From contig JBFLGF010000140.1 in NCBI GenBank assembly GCA_050230475.1, positions 1 through 64,000 on the forward strand: a stretch of DNA of 64,000 bases, in the 5' to 3' direction. Origin of the DNA: Ancylonema sp. Its lineage: Eukaryota. A program made the translations under genes and the position numbers. Positions 1-14,489 of this stretch are shown here, in pieces (positions within the stretch are counted from its first letter, which is position 1; the number at the start of each line of letters is the position of its first letter). The notes beneath the pieces were generated by a model. It was not told the DNA's origin, searched no databases, and saw only the letters and a list, made by a program, of their open reading frames with translations.

Positions 1-1480
1 GCCATCAATTTCAGGGGTCTGTACGCGGGTCTGTCAGGGAATATAGCGGGTGTTTCACGTAAGATTCCCTGAACCCAATGTCGATGAAACCCCTGAGGAA
101 CCCAGCGTACGGTTCAAAGCCAGTGTTGGGAGCACCTGAGGGAATTCCGGGCCTTGAAAACTCATCGGAATTACTCCCGAAACAACAGAATTGAGTGTGG
201 GCAAGCGGGAAAACGATGTGGAAACGCTTCCGCCCTTATACACGTTGTAAAGCCGTTTAGGGTTTACCAGGGTTCATCGCAAGAAGGGGGAAACACGGAA
301 CCCCTCAAAAAATCCCTTCCTCATACATACGCAACCAGCCTCGGTCTACTTCAGGCCCCCCTGGGTCAACCCCATTTCTTATTTCTGTGTCTCGGGTTCA
401 GTGCTCTTCCATCTTCGTTTCTTTTTTAGGGTTTATGAGCCCCTCATTATGAAACTGCTGGCACCACATCTGGTGGGCTCCCCTCCTCCCCCCCCCCAAG
501 AAACTTCCAAGAAACTTCCAAGAAACTTCCAAAGGAAACCATTCAGGAAGTAGGGAGTAGGCATGGGGATTCAGACCTTTCCTCTGCGTAACCAAATCAC
601 ACACGTTTCTTAAAAAGCGTTGGTTTCTCGTTCCAACTTCCCCCCCCCTTCCCTATAAATCGGATTCTATTTTTCTGCACCCCCCCCCCTCACCCCTTCT
701 TCCTTTTTCCTTCCTTTCCTTCATTCCTTTATTTCCCTGTCCCTCCCCCCCTTCAGAGTGCGGGAGGTTGAGGGGGTCTGGCGGCCTCACAGGTGCGAGT
801 AAGAAAAGACCTCATAGAACCCCTCATAACTCCTCCCCTCCCTTCTGATAAGTCTTCGTATACAACATTCTTCCAAATTATCAACCCCTCAAATCTTCTC
901 CCCAATGCAGCCGGGATGATATTAAATTGCTTCTTTTGTTTCTTGTTCCCTCCCCCCCCCCCCCCCCTTCAGGGGTGTTAACTGCAGCGTTGACCACGCT
1001 TCTGGGCGTCATCAAAACCAGTCCCCTGGTGCAGGTCAAGGGGGGGGCTGTCGGTCGCATCTTCAGGGCTTTGGTAATAAGGGGAACCTTCTTCTCTTCA
1101 GTCTTAAATCCACCGTGTTTGTCGTAATCGTGCGGGGGGGGGTTATGTTGGTACAACGAATTGTGGTGGGGGGGGGGGTTGTTTTTTTCCCTTTTTCTTC
1201 CTCTTTTAAAGACAACACGGTTGAGTATAAGGGGGTGATCGACTGCACCACCAATACTTGAGCCGGAAATGGATCCGCTGCTTTTGTAGAGGTGAAAGAA
1301 AGAAAAAAAGGACGAGAAACACATGAAATGAGAGAGAGAACTTTTTTATTTTTTTTGGTGAGGAACTTTTTTTTTGGCGAGTGGCACTGCAGAATTGATT
1401 TCATGACACGTGTGAAACATGTCCTGGGTGTCCTCCGTGTGTTGGTGTTGGGTCAGCCCCTTCATGGACTCTTGTTTTTG
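1..1480 (+). pseudogene. Mitochondrial-carrier family, S-adenosylmethionine carrier (SAMC)-like, degenerate; 5' part lies outside the window
   Basis: Exon remnants translate as INFRGLYAGLSGNIAGV (1-58, then GTAAG), LPSSFLF/VYEPLIMKLL (~402-471, frameshifted), SAGG*GGLAASQVR (757-798), VLTAALTTLLGVIKTSPLVQ (973-1033) and EYKGVIDCTTNT*AGNGSAAF (1223-1290). These follow the order of plant SAMC1 motifs. In-frame TGA at 769 and 1259; the middle carrier repeat is not seen. Confidence 0.7.
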
Positions 1481-1601
1481 AGACGGACTCTTGTTTTGCC
1501 CTGGGTGCCTCGCGGAGGGCCCTCTTCACAGACCCCCTCTGGGAGTAGGCGGCAACGGTCGGCAACACTTGTACCGCGTGTTCCTGTGTGAGTAGGAGGA
1601 G

Positions 1602-1661
1602 GTAGAATTGTAGAATTGTAGAATTGTGGAACTGTAGAACTGTAGAATTGTAGAATTGTAG
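1602..1661. repeat. Tandem 8-mer (TAGAATTG/TAGAACTG)n
   Basis: About 7 units read directly. Confidence 0.9.
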
Positions 1662-4600
1662 ACAGCGTAACACGCTGCAGACTTGTGGTGTGCGGAGGAG
1701 TGGTGGTGGAACGATACTCACTATTATTCGGTCATCAAGTTTCTTTAAGTAGTACAAATTCACCACCCTGTAATTATCAAAGGACATAAGTCACATACAT
1801 ATAGACCTGGCATCGGAGATGCTCACTCTTATTTGTTCTTTCCCACAAACGAAGTGGTTTCGACCCGGACATGCAAAGAATCAAGGATATGTGGTTTCAT
1901 GTACGTTGGTGATACAAAATTATAACGTTTTGGTGCCAAAATGAATTCAATCATACCTCAAGGTATCATGCTACTCGAATCGGTACCTTTGGAAAGTAAC
2001 ACTAGTGTGACAAGAGACAAAACAAATGGCATCGTACCGTTACCTTGCATCCTGGGAAACGATGAACATTCTCGGATTTTTTTCCCGTAAATAAGTTGAT
2101 ATCAGATCAACAAAGCGTTTTTTTTATTTTGAAGGCTTGATAGTGGTGTCACGCGTGTCTGGCATAATGACTTTGGAGACGATTTTTCCGAGATGTCGAC
2201 GTTCACCGGCATTTGTAAACGTGTTAAAAAAGGAAATCCACGAGGTTGCGTTTATCCTCGACTCATCAAAATGTTGTAATGTTTGCTCTTTTTGCCCATT
2301 TAATTGTCGTGGGGTATTCAAGGGACCCGTCGGATTCAAGCGACACGTAGCGTAAGTTATGAGAGTAAGGCAACTGGGTGAATTGGCAATACGGATGCAT
2401 TGATGAAAGGACTTCCGTTATATTAGTATGTTCTTGTCTAGTGTGATCTTGTGTAATTTCACCTTTGTCTCTTTTAATGTCGGGCGTTGCGTTAGTATCG
2501 ATGTGCACATTGATATTAGGGCACCGCCCGACATTTATTGTGTGAATGAAAAAATCCAAGAACTTACGATAGACTTGCGTCTATCTGCAAAAACCTTCCG
2601 AGCAAATCTAACTCTTCGGGTTCACGCTAGAAATGAAGGGTATGTTGGTTTTTAGGGCCTGGGTCTGTAAACTTTTGATGGCATATCGATTTTAGGGCTT
2701 GTTCAGAAGTAAGTTTTAGTTTTGTCGATTTTGTCGTTTTGCCGGACGATATGATTGTGATGTTACTTTTGGCCATTCGGCAAATTGTCGATAATTTTAG
2801 ATGATCTGGAACAATACTAGGCTACGATTGGTGTTGACTTGATAGTTTCGATCAATAGAGATCTTTGACTAGGAGGGGGCATGGATCACACTCGATTGTT
2901 CTCAGTTTGGATTTGCACGCAGAATTTTGCAATCAATCAATCTACTTCAAACTTGCACTTTTGTTGTGTGTGTTTGTAACGGTGTGAATGATTGTTTCAA
3001 GTGTGTGAAGGTTGTTACTTCTTGCATCGATGGCAGAAGATAGCAGCAACAGGGTATACAAACTAGACGGTGTATGCTTTGGTACATCAACACCCGACAC
3101 CACTTATTGATCACTTTCAATATCTGAATCAATTTCCCGAAGTAATTCAGCTTCGTAGGCACTAAGCATTCTCGTGGTTGAATCTTGAGAGGAAGTGGAT
3201 ATACAATGCTCCGTGCGTGAAGTGACTTGAAGTAAATCTTTTTGGACGCGCAAAGAGTCATTGAATTGTAATTTTGTTAACGCCACAGGTACGTTGCAGT
3301 AATGCTAGACGACCACGGTAGAGCTTTGGTGTGTGTACTCTAAGTTTTGGATACTTATTGAAATTCCCGATGGAATTTAACCACCAGTAAAAAATCCCCG
3401 ATACGGTGGAGTCAGCGAATCCTCAATAGGCGTTAGACGTTATGCTCAATTCAGATCGGTCAAATTTGATTTGTATCACTGCATCCTCCATCCACGTGTC
3501 CACGATGCCCCACTGAGCGGGCGGAACGGGTCTGAAAAAATCGTTTGTGTACGATGAAAAGCGACCTACGACTGACAAGACCCCACAGATCGCACGTGTA
3601 ACCTAGACACACACGTCACACTTACATTTTATATCTATCGCCCACATGGACACGTGTCATAAATCATCGGCGTTGGCCTTTGCAACGAGGCCAGCGGACC
3701 TCCCGACGGTAATTTATTCAAAGTGACGCCTTCGTTTTTTCCGACGGCCGAAGAGAATCTCGACCGCAGATCGACGGTAGGTTCTGGACTGCAGGAATCT
3801 TGGTGCAAGAATGCCAGCTTGGCTCGCTAGCGCCAATCTCCAGTGGCTTCATCTCGTCATTTTTCTTGTGTCATTCGAATGCAAGAGTGTACTTTCATTA
3901 TGTAGGAAAAAAGTCCATCGCAATACGGTATCCTTGCAGTATCCCTTGTGAATTTCCCTTGCGTACTGTAAATGTTGTACACCTTTCGCAGAGACTAGAG
4001 AATTTGCGCTTCTATCTGAGTCTTCCGCTTGCTGTCCCGCGGAATCTTGCGACGTCATTTCTTCTGTCGAGCTCGTCACACACGGTGCGTGTACATCTCA
4101 TCCCACAGTATGTCAATTCGTGTGGTTTAAGTTTATAAGTTGGTGTCGCTGCGTTCCGAGGAGTGGCTCTCTGAGAAGGGGACGCAACAAATTCTCAGAT
4201 ACCGATACCCATTCCATACCAGTACTTGAATATGTAGATATCTAAATGCAGTGATATCGCCGAAGAGGCAGCTTCAACCATTAGTTACCAACACCATCAC
4301 GGTCTTTGAAAGAAATGCCACATTACCTATGTGGTCATTTTCAGTAGTACACATTTCCTTAGTACATTAAATGCGCATGGACGAAAGCTCCAGAAAGTCA
4401 GCGACTGGTTAGGTCTCATTTTTCTCTTGTGATTCGGCTGGTTTTCAAGAACATTCCGTAAGTATTATTTCCATGAATGTACGCGTAAGGGTTCGGTAAA
4501 AAACCCTTCAAGTTTTATCGCAGGCCTGAGACTCCCGGTATGACGAGGGGGAGCTCGAAGACCCCTCTTCTGGACAAAAAAGACGAGCCAGTCATTTCCC

Positions 4601-5824
4601 CCCTACCCACGTGAGAAGTTACAATCCAAAACGATTTAGCGGACTTCGAGCTGATGATGCTGAATAGTTCGTGGTATAATTTTTGATTCCTCGAAATGAA
4701 TGTATCTCACAAAAATTCCGCGACGGTTCAGCCATCCGCCCACCCGCCCACCCGCCCGTGGATATTTGCACCTTTTGTTTTTGTGGAGTATGCAACAAAA
4801 TCACCGACACATTTATTCGTAGCGCTTCAGCCTTTCGTTCTAAATCTCAAGTTTTTGTCATCATTGCTTCCGTAATATCCGTACATCAGTGACATTCGTA
4901 CATTCGTACATTCGTACGCTCGTAACATCATTAGACACTTGATCGATAGTTCGCTGACATTGTTCAATGTTTTTTGGGGCGATCCCAGAAAGGACATCGT
5001 CATTCTCGCGTAAGTAATTTCCCTCCCTCATCCATACTTCTTCGTTTCGGAGCTTCTCTCGTTTAAATTTTCCAAACTGTTTTGTACCATTCTTTCTACG
5101 GCCGGTAAACATAAATATGGTGTGTAGAGAACGAAATTTATCGATATCAGCTCATAAACATGTGACTCTCTCTTCCAATTGAGTGCTGTTGGTCAGTCGT
5201 TCTCAGAATCATCATCGTCACATTGTCGATAAAATTATTGAAAATGTAGACGGGTGAGATAGTGAGTGGGATTCTCATTATCGACCGTGTGATTCTTACA
5301 CTCGTCAATAAGGTCCCAAGACGACACGTGTCAGTTTGAACTCGATACTCTGATCTGATCCAGTAACCAGTTCAGAGATAAGTAATCGAAAAATGACGCA
5401 TGCCCGTTGTTCGATATACCGACTGTAGCGCCGTTAAAACGGGGGACGCGCTTCACTTCGGCATTATCATTGTGCTGGTGGGTCATTCATTTGACAATAA
5501 CAATCAATGGAATGGTCACTTTCGTGTGAATCAGAAAGCGAGTCGATGCCACGATGTGAAGTGATCATTGCAAATAAGCCTCTTTTGAAATGGGAGCCCT
5601 CGTAACGACTCGAGTTGAATCGCTTCACCCTGAAATCATTTTTGGGCCTTTTTGGGTTCTTATCGTCGGGCGATCAATTGTCGGTAGACTAAATGAACCT
5701 CTACCCGGTTCTGCACCTTCAATTTGATGCCCTAAATAAAATAGCAGGTCTCCCCAAAAGATGCACTTGTCAGACCTAGATATAGATTGCTTCTTATTTT
5801 AGGTGTCTTTCCATGTAACTGAAC

Positions 5825-5937
5825 TATCGAAACACACGAATTCTTCGTTATAAGCGATATATTGAATCACACGAATTGTTCGTTTTAAGCGACATATCGA
5901 ATCACACGAATTCTTCGTTATAAGCGACCTATCGAAT
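5825..5937. repeat. 35-bp minisatellite, about 3.2 copies
   Basis: Unit TATCGAATCACACGAATTCTTCGTTATAAGCGACA at 5825, 5860 and 5895. Confidence 0.85.
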
Positions 5938-5961
5938 CCCCCTATTTCCGCTATTGCGCAG

Positions 5962-8900
5962 CTGGTGTTCATGGTGGAGTCGTACGGAGTGGCAAAAGAT
6001 CCGCAAGATGTGGGCATTTATACCGGGATGTTGGTAAGAGGAGATACGCGCTGTGGGCGTTTGGAAGGCGATGCCATGAACCTAAAACGAGTTTGCTTTT
6101 ATTCACAATTATGTATAGGGACCTGGGGTTATGTGTATGAGTGGAAATCTTGTACTTCACAAAAAACTATGAGTCAGAAGAAGCAGAATCAGTGTGTGAA
6201 GACTGGTTACGAGTGGATTTGTTCGTTAATTCGTTCGAATCAGGAGGTTCGAATCAGGAGACAACATGTATGGCGATGATTTCGGTGGCGGTGGAATATG
6301 GCGGCGGTGATAATGGCGGCGGCAGTTACGAAGTGGAAGGAAAATTCAGCTACTCTTCACGCGTCAATTCGAGGGAAGCGCTGGCTAAAAATGCTTTGGA
6401 ATTATAAGGGTGTGAAGGCATGAAAGCATGCAGGCTGACAGGATGGATGATAGTTGTGAAAAGACCTCAAAATGATTGAATAAATTGAGTACGGAGTCGG
6501 ACGCGTCTGACATTATTAGATCAGGGCCGGATGATGATGTGGAAAGTGATGATGATGAGGAGGCTTTGGTGATGCGAGAGGAGAGAGAGAAGATTCCGAT
6601 GGAGAGTGATGTGGCGGACAGTAGTGACACCGAGAGTGGTGATTACAGAGAGGCAGATAGTGACGGAGTGAGTGCCGAGGATGAGATGGACGTTGTGTTT
6701 GAACCCGTGATGTTTCCAAAGGTGTTGGATCAGGTTCTGAGCATAGGTGAGGCTGAGGGGAAACCATTGAATGATGAAGAAGTGATTCTGGTTACAAAAG
6801 AGGAAATGCACGATGGTGTGAATGTCAAAATCGGTGGAGGTGACCGACTTGCGGTGAACGAGTTCTTTGAGGATCCGATGGGAACGGCAAAGAAACTGAT
6901 TGGTGACGAGAAAGTGAAGGTTTTTTGGGACGCATTTCCTGAACCGGTGACGTCTGATGAGAGTGGGAGGGAGCCTAAGGGGCTCGATGAGTCGTCTCAT
7001 AAGGAGAAAGGTGTCAAGCGCAAGTTCAAAGTCCGACGGCACTGCGCGAAAAGTGTGGAGGAATGAAGGTCGATTCAGTGCAGGAGGGAGAAATGCAGGA
7101 GAAGGAGGGAGTGAAATCCCAACTGAGAATATGTGAAAGGCCAGAATGAGAAGAGCATCATCAATAAAACATTGAGTGAATTGACGCCGCACTTAATTTT
7201 GGGAGGGAGAATGAGAGAAGGCAGAATCAGTAATCAGTCTTTATCCATCTCAACATTCTCAGCATGAAACGTTGTCTGAAAATTAAACCGTTTACGACTT
7301 CTCTTTTTATTTCAAGAGGCCATTTCATAGGTGATACCCTATGAAATACAGTATATCTACAATATAAAAAATATTTGCAATATATTTATGAAAGGAGATA
7401 CGAAAAAAAGGTAAGTAAAAACGAAATACTATGGAATGGAGTACGATGGTATGGTGACGCAAAAAAATAAAGACTAAACGAGGTGGTTTAAATATATATC
7501 GGCTTCGTTTGATGTTTGATATTCTATCCGCAATTTTTTATTGAATCGTATTTGGATTTCGATTCGCAGATGACGATGGTGAGCGTGGGAAACATATTCA
7601 CAAATTTACTGTGGGGGATATTGTCGGACCGCGTGGGAAGGAAGGTAGATACAATGACTCATTCCCCTCCTCCCCCTTTGTGATTCCTCCCCCCCCCCCC
7701 CATTCCTTCACTATCCGTTTTCGGTCGTCTTATCAGCAGCACTGAAAAATTGACCTCGAGTACATCAAAATTAATAGGACGAAGGAAAAACAAGAGGATA
7801 AGATACGATTCAAGTCTTATCGTCGACGGATTTTAATGTGTTTGTGGACACGCATTCGCATTCCATCGACAAAAAAGATAACCAAAGTGAAGTAAAATAG
7901 TGCTTTAATCAAGGGAAATGCCGAGTTGTGGCGATAGTAATAATTGTAGAATTAGCGTGGACCGGAGATGTGACTATAATGTGTATGTGTGTCTATGATG
8001 TGAGTCGATACAATATGCATGAGGATGTGAATCGACAATTATGTAGGTTGCACTTAGGCGCAATGGGCGCGGAAGCGAGTACTATGAATTGAAATCGTAC
8101 CGGTTTACTCTAGTACCGGACTAAGTTGCACTAGATTTGCATAGTTGCACCAATGGGGTCAATATGAATAGTCGCATTATTGTGTTCACGGGAAATGACG
8201 TTAGCGAGTAGACTTTAGTCAACCTACGCCCGGTTGGTTAAACCGATTTTGTGAGGTAAATTCAATATATACTCTACGGAGTTTTCATGACAAATAATTC
8301 ATACCATCATCGCTTTTGTTTCCAGTGGGATTCTAGTCTATTAGTGTCTTGCCATTTGTCACGGACAGTTTGGATTTGTATGTAATTCACGAGAAGTCGG
8401 AGAGCCGGCGAATTTAAGACCTGTACGGCAGGCAAGGGATTGCAAGGGATTGGCCCACTATGGATGATCCTTCACAAAGCTTATGTGTCCGTTTCGCAGC
8501 CGTGCCTCGTCATTTCCGTTCTCTCTACCTCCGTGACGGAATTGCTCTTGGGCTCCACTCGATCCTTCCCCACCGCGTGCGTACAACTCGTCGCGTTCGG
8601 CGCATTCCACGGAACTCCCGTACTCGTCAAGTCCTCCGTGGCCGAGGTTTGTGACCGGTAAGGTTTCTGACCGGTAATATTTGTGTTACCGGTAAGATAT
8701 TTGACCGGTAATATTTGTGACTGGTTAGCGAGGCGAGTCGAATATTCTTCGAACCATGCACACCTCTTTTGTGACGCTTCGACACATTTGAGCTCGCTCA
8801 TACTGTCGTGTGAGCGGTTTGAAAACGCCCACGTGGACATGTGAATTTCGAACACATATGAAGCGTACTGGTCCACGTGCAGCACCGACAATCGCAAGTG

Positions 8901-10615
8901 TTACTATGAACTCGAGTCCAAAACACCTTGCGTCTCATTCTCTTTTCGCACTCCCTCTCCCCCCCCCCCACCCGCCCCCCTTTCCTCTCCACACCCCTCC
9001 CCTCCTTTCCTACGCCATTTCGCCCTCCCGCCCGAAAAAAACTCATCTTCCCTCTCCCCCCCCCCCCCCTCCGGTCCTCCGCCCCTTCGGTCTTCCCCAC
9101 CAGAACCAACCAGTCTAAGGGGTTTGCCCTCCTCGTATTTTGTTGGGGACTCGGATCCATTTTCGGTCCACTCATCGGCGGAGTCCTCGCCTTCCCTTGC
9201 GAGAGGGAGGGGGTGTCGGCCATCCTTCCGCAAACATTTTGCACTTATCCCTTCCTCCTCCCGCTCGCCTTCACCACCCTCTACCACTTCGGACTCTCTA
9301 TCGCCGTATGCTTCTTGCAAGAGACCGTTAAAACGGCGGCGAGTGACAACAAGTCCGTCCAACACCACGGCGGTAATGCCCACGGCGCAAATGGCATGCA
9401 CGGCGCAAAGGGCGCAAGCGGCGCGAGTGGATCGCACGGCGCGGGCCCCGCGGCGATGGAGAGCGGCGTCGACATCGAGGCGGCGGATGCGGAACCCTAC
9501 TCGCACGTGCAAGCCCCTCCACGTGCACACGCGAAGAAACTAACGGCCCACAAGAACTTGACGCTACCGTCTCAATTCCACCGTTCCAACAAGCCGACCG
9601 TCGGCCAGCCGGCATCGGTGGCCGGGGATGCGAGCGGCGCAGACGAAAGAGAAAACGATCAGGTCTTCACGTTCGACATCATCGAGGCGAGTTCCCCCAT
9701 GTGGCAAAACCATTTGACCCCGAGGTATACCCCGCCGAGAGTCCCTACTCCGCGACCGCCGCCGGGTTCCGAACGGCAATGGGACGCGGTGGGCGTCGTG
9801 GTGTTGTTCGGGTCCGTTATGTTTGTTCAGTTCGACGGGGGTGAGTCCCGTTACTGCGAAGGAAGGGAGGATTGGATGTTGTTGTAACTTCGAAAAATGT
9901 CTCACAAACTCTTGTAGTAGAATCTGCGTATATGTTGTTCGTGCATAGGACCGAGTTGGTAGCGAAGTGACGCAAATAACGTGTACGTCTCAATATGGTA
10001 CATGAATAAGAGTTAACCTCACCCCCCCCCCCCCCCCCTCCCCCTTGTCCAGAGACATTGTTATCCATCTACTCCGCCGCCCCCGAACAGGTGGGCGGCC
10101 TCGGGTACGATCCCAAGACCATGGGAATCGCGGGCGGGGTCACGGGCGTGTGCGTACTCGCGTTCACCATTCTCGCTATCTCCAAATTGGCGCGCTCTCT
10201 AGGGCCGTTGAACTGCATCCGTATCGGTTTCCTCGTAAGCATCCCCATTTGGATCTCCACCCCGATGGTCGGGTGGCTTAACGCGGGTTGGCCGAGCGTG
10301 AAGCTCGGCGCCCTTCTGTTGCTTCGTATGGTTCGGTCCGCGATCGGGTGCATGGCTTTCGCCGGGTCTATGATGGTGATCAGCAATAGCGCCCAGGCGC
10401 ATAACATGGGGATGGTGACGGGGCTAGGGGACACGTTGGCGGCGCTTTTCACCATCAGTGCGCCCGCTTTGGCCGGATGGTTGTGGACCGTGTTCTCGGT
10501 GACGACGTTTGCGGGGCATGAGTGCGTCCCGTGGCTTGTGCTCATTGTGCTCTGCGGGCTCATGAGTGGGTTGGCGGGAATGTTACCAGCGAGGCTCAAT
10601 GTCTCCAGGATTTAG
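5962..10615 (+). CDS. Major facilitator superfamily transporter, ZIF1/ZIFL-like (spliced; first exon(s) not resolved)
   Basis: Phase-compatible AG/GT exons 5962-6033 (LVFMVESYGVAKDPQDVGIYTGML), 7570-7644 (LWGILSDRVGRK, MFS motif A), 8500-8657, 9104-9840 (WGLGSIFGPLIGGVLA, YPFLLP) and 10053-10615 (GGLG..., stop TAG). Confidence 0.9.
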
Positions 10616-11303
10616 AAGGGGTACAAGTGAAAAAACGGTAAGAGTGTTGAAGTGAAATGACATACCACGCCCAAGTTGATTTGACGACGCGTTGGAATTT
10701 GGCGTTGCATGTATAGTGTTTGTGGACATACACCTTTTTGTGCGGAACCTTTTTGACGTCGGATACTGGTTCGTTGTTAGCTTTCGGTGTAGTGAGAGGT
10801 GCTTGAGGGGAAGACGGAGAGAACAATCTCCCAATTTTGTTTTGTATTTGGGTTGTAGGTCCGGGTAGTGAAATACAACATACTCCGCTTTGTAAATGAC
10901 AATGAATTGTCGATTCACTTTGTAATCAGGTGTGGCATGGACGTCTTGTTGTATTTGATCTACAATACCGCAAACATTGAAAAGCATGACTATACATAGT
11001 GGTTTTCCATTATAGACTCGCATCTCTATTTGAGCTACCAAAACTTGAAAAAAAAACTTGAAAAAACTCGAAGAAACTTGATATGAACTTGAAAGACAAC
11101 AAATTCCATCCTTGAAACAAAAACACAGCGTCGAATCACCTCTGTAGGAAAAGCACATCGCAAAATCCCCACTGCTTCCTACGTACATCACCTAACCGTC
11201 TTACTCAACGACTATTGCCGCCCCCTCAAAACAAAACCCAAAACAAAATCATACCCCGTCAACGTTACACGTTACAACCAAAAGCCTCTCTCCTCTCTCC
11301 TGT

Positions 11304-14300
11304 TCATAAAAGTGAGCTTTCACGCCAACGATCCCACTGTCCAGCTTGGGAGGCAGGTTGAGAGGCTGCCACGTCGCCGCCTTGCTGTCCGTTCGCTATT
11401 GGCTGCTGGAGATCGGACATGGATTCAGTTGCCACCGGCTGACTCAGCTGAGGGCGAAAAGGGAGAGAAAGGGGGGGGGGCGGAGGTTGAATGCACATTC
11501 ACACCTGTGTATATAGGCACTCTCTGTGTAGACACACTGTCTATGAAAGAGCGTGTTTTTTTGTTGATTGTACCCTCTTTATAGACACACCCATTATAAA
11601 GGCAACAGAAAATCCCCGACCAGTAGTGTCTGTTGGTGGTTTGAGTGGAGAGGTGTGATTGTACAAAAAAGGTTGGGGTGGTAGGATAGAAAGGGGGGGG
11701 AGTATGAGGGAACCATTCAGACAACATGTACACCAACTCTGATTGAGGAGGAGACACAAAAAAGGTCCGTGGAAGCGGGGAGTGTATCTTTGTATATGAT
11801 ATTTATTGGTTTTTCTTTTGTTCCCGGATATCAGAATTCAGATCAGATCTGTTCCGCGTCTGTGTCAAAAGGGCGATTTCGACAATTTCCTCCCTGGCAA
11901 TGCCCCGTTTTGCCGTGTATTCCTTCCAAACTGGATCACCGGCTTTCAGTACTGCAAAATCGCCCTGATCTTGTTCTAGATTCTAGATTCTAGATTCTAG
12001 ATTCTAGATTCTAGATTCTAGATTCTAGATTCTAGATTCTAGATTCTAGATTCTAGGTCATGGGTCACAGGAAAACAACTTTCCTTCCCTCAATCATGTC
12101 TTTCGGCGGTACGGTATATATACGTCTGTAAGGGTCCTCAACTAATTCTGCACTTGAAATGGGCAGAAACGGATGGTAGGGGAAGCAGAATATCGATGGC
12201 GAAGAAGTGGGAATGGATACCAGATTACATACAAGAAGCTACCATCGAATGAGGTTATGATAATCAGAGTGATACGAGGGGTGGGGAAAATGATAACAGC
12301 AGTAGAGACTGTGGTAGTAATGATAATAAAATAATAATAAATATACTAAAAAAAATAAAAAAAAAAGAGATAGAGAGAGAAGCATTATTATTAAATATAA
12401 TAATAAAAAAAAAAACAACGAAAAAGAAGAAGAAGAAAAAAAAAAAACTGTGAAATAGGACATGATCAACAAAAACCACCCCCCACTCCCCCCCCGCCCC
12501 CTCACCCCCCCGTTCCCGTTCCCCGTCCCCTCACTCCCCGCCCACGCCACCGCCCCCCCCATCCTATAATAAGGATCCTTCAGCTCCAGCACCCCCTCCG
12601 ACGCCTTTTGCCCCCCCTGCTGCATGCTCAGGTGCAGCGAGTAGCTCTGTGCCTTGTGCGCTTTCATGGTGAACCGCCCGGTGATCTGTTGCCCTGGTAG
12701 CACGTAGAGCGGTTGCTGTAGCACGCAGCGCAGTTGGTACCAGTGGGTGGTTGGGGCGCCAGGGGATGTGGAGAGCCAGCGGGGGAGGGTGCTGGGAGGG
12801 GGGGGGGGGAGGGGTGGGGGGGAGGGGCGATGAGGGGGGGGGGGGGTGTGTTATTTTGGGGGGGGAGGGTTGTTATTTTTTGGGGGGAGGGGGGGCGGGA
12901 GGGGGGGTTGGAGGGTTGGGGGGGGAGTTATAGAGAATTGGGTTGTCAGGGTTTCGATGAGGGGAGGTGTGTTGTACTCGTGCAGGTTTGAATGGAAAGG
13001 CATTGCACAAGTTTGAATCGGTGGGTTGCAAACAACGCACGTGGTTGTTGGCGAACACGTGTTTTCAGTTTCCAGTGTTGACATTGAGACAACAGATGGG
13101 CCTTTTTGCCAAGTGGAGGTCGCACCATTTGCACCTTTTCCTGTAGGGGTGGCGGTGCATGCACCTGTAAGACAATCTACGAGACGTCTTACGAACCACC
13201 TCAAGCTTTTCTGATAACCTGTCTGGAAGGCCCCGAGAAGGTTCTACACACAGTCCCGGAGGGTTCCCAGAAGGTTCCCAGAAGGTTCCCTGAAGGTTCT
13301 GGAAGTTTCCGGAAGGTTCTTGGAAGGTTCCCCTGACCTTCCTGCGAACAGCACGTCGAACCAGCACGCCAGTCCGTGGACGCGGGTGGGGGCAGAGGTG
13401 GTGAAGGAGAGAGGGATGTCGATTTCGAACAGATCCTCCTCCTGAGAAAACAAGCGAGAATCAGTACGTCGCAAAAAACCGGATCCGCTCTTCTCTTCTC
13501 CTCCTCTCTTTGGGCGGGGAATGCGGAACACTCTGTTTTTTTTTTTTTATTATTATTTATTGATTTTACGTTTTTGAGCACATGCACATATAGGCGTATG
13601 CGAACAGACCTCGATGTATGAACCGTAATAAAGCCTTTAAAAAACGGTTCTTGCAACGGATGTTTTCCATGCAAGTCACATTTTGAGTGGAATAAAAACC
13701 CCCATCAACCCCAACGCCTGTTCCTCAGAGCTATCTTCTTGTCAGATGGAGGGTTGTGATGTCGACGTTCGAGTGTGTATTTTCCAAACACACCAAATCC
13801 GTAACCCCCACTCAACTCTACGTAACCCCAGAGTGTAACCCCAGTCCCCAGTCCCCAGTCCCCAGTCCCCAGTCCCCAGTCCCCAGTCCCCAGTCCCCAG
13901 GCATTCAGGGCCTCTTACTGTGGCTGATCCGAAGTCAATCGTGTGCGTCACACCTGGCGCCACCAGGAGACGCGGATCAAATGCATCCACCACAGGCTGA
14001 GATGGTCCCCCCCCCCCACACCCACAAAAAAGAGAGATAGAAAATATTCAAACGTTGTGAGTGCCTTGAGGATGAGAATTGGTGGAGAGAAAAAGCATGT
14101 AGTCATGTATGGAAGTATTTCATTACAATATACAAGGAGAAAAAATGGAAAAAAAGAGATAAAGAACTGGACTCATCTGGACAGGATTTCCTGGGATTAC
14201 TTCGCCCAAAACACACACAAACGGATTCTCAAAACCCGAATCGGACTTCAAAAATCCGGAAACCGTGACCCTAGAGCTGAGTTTACAAAATAAAACTATC

Positions 14301-14441
14301 CCCCATAGGAAGTGTGTGCGTATATTCGAGTGCAAGTACAATTCCGATATACGAAACCTATATATTCTAGATTTAAGTTATAACGTTACTATAATTATGT
14401 ATTATTATTATAATATTATTATATTATTATATTACATATTA

Positions 14442-14489
<48 letters not shown>

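Noticed and set aside
1800..5300. Possible decayed gene from several short minus-strand ORFs
   Set aside because: No recognisable motifs or consistent exon chain could be built.
5825..5937. CRISPR-like 35-bp repeats
   Set aside because: The units are contiguous with no spacers, no cas genes are present, and the context is eukaryotic.
6521..7192. 223-aa antisense ORF and similar antisense ORFs over GC-rich exons and retroelements
   Set aside because: These are shadow frames of coding or low-complexity sequence, with no independent support.
10583..11191. 202-aa minus-strand ORF
   Set aside because: No motifs; it lies over the convergent 3' UTR region of MFS and PRMT4 and is probably spurious.
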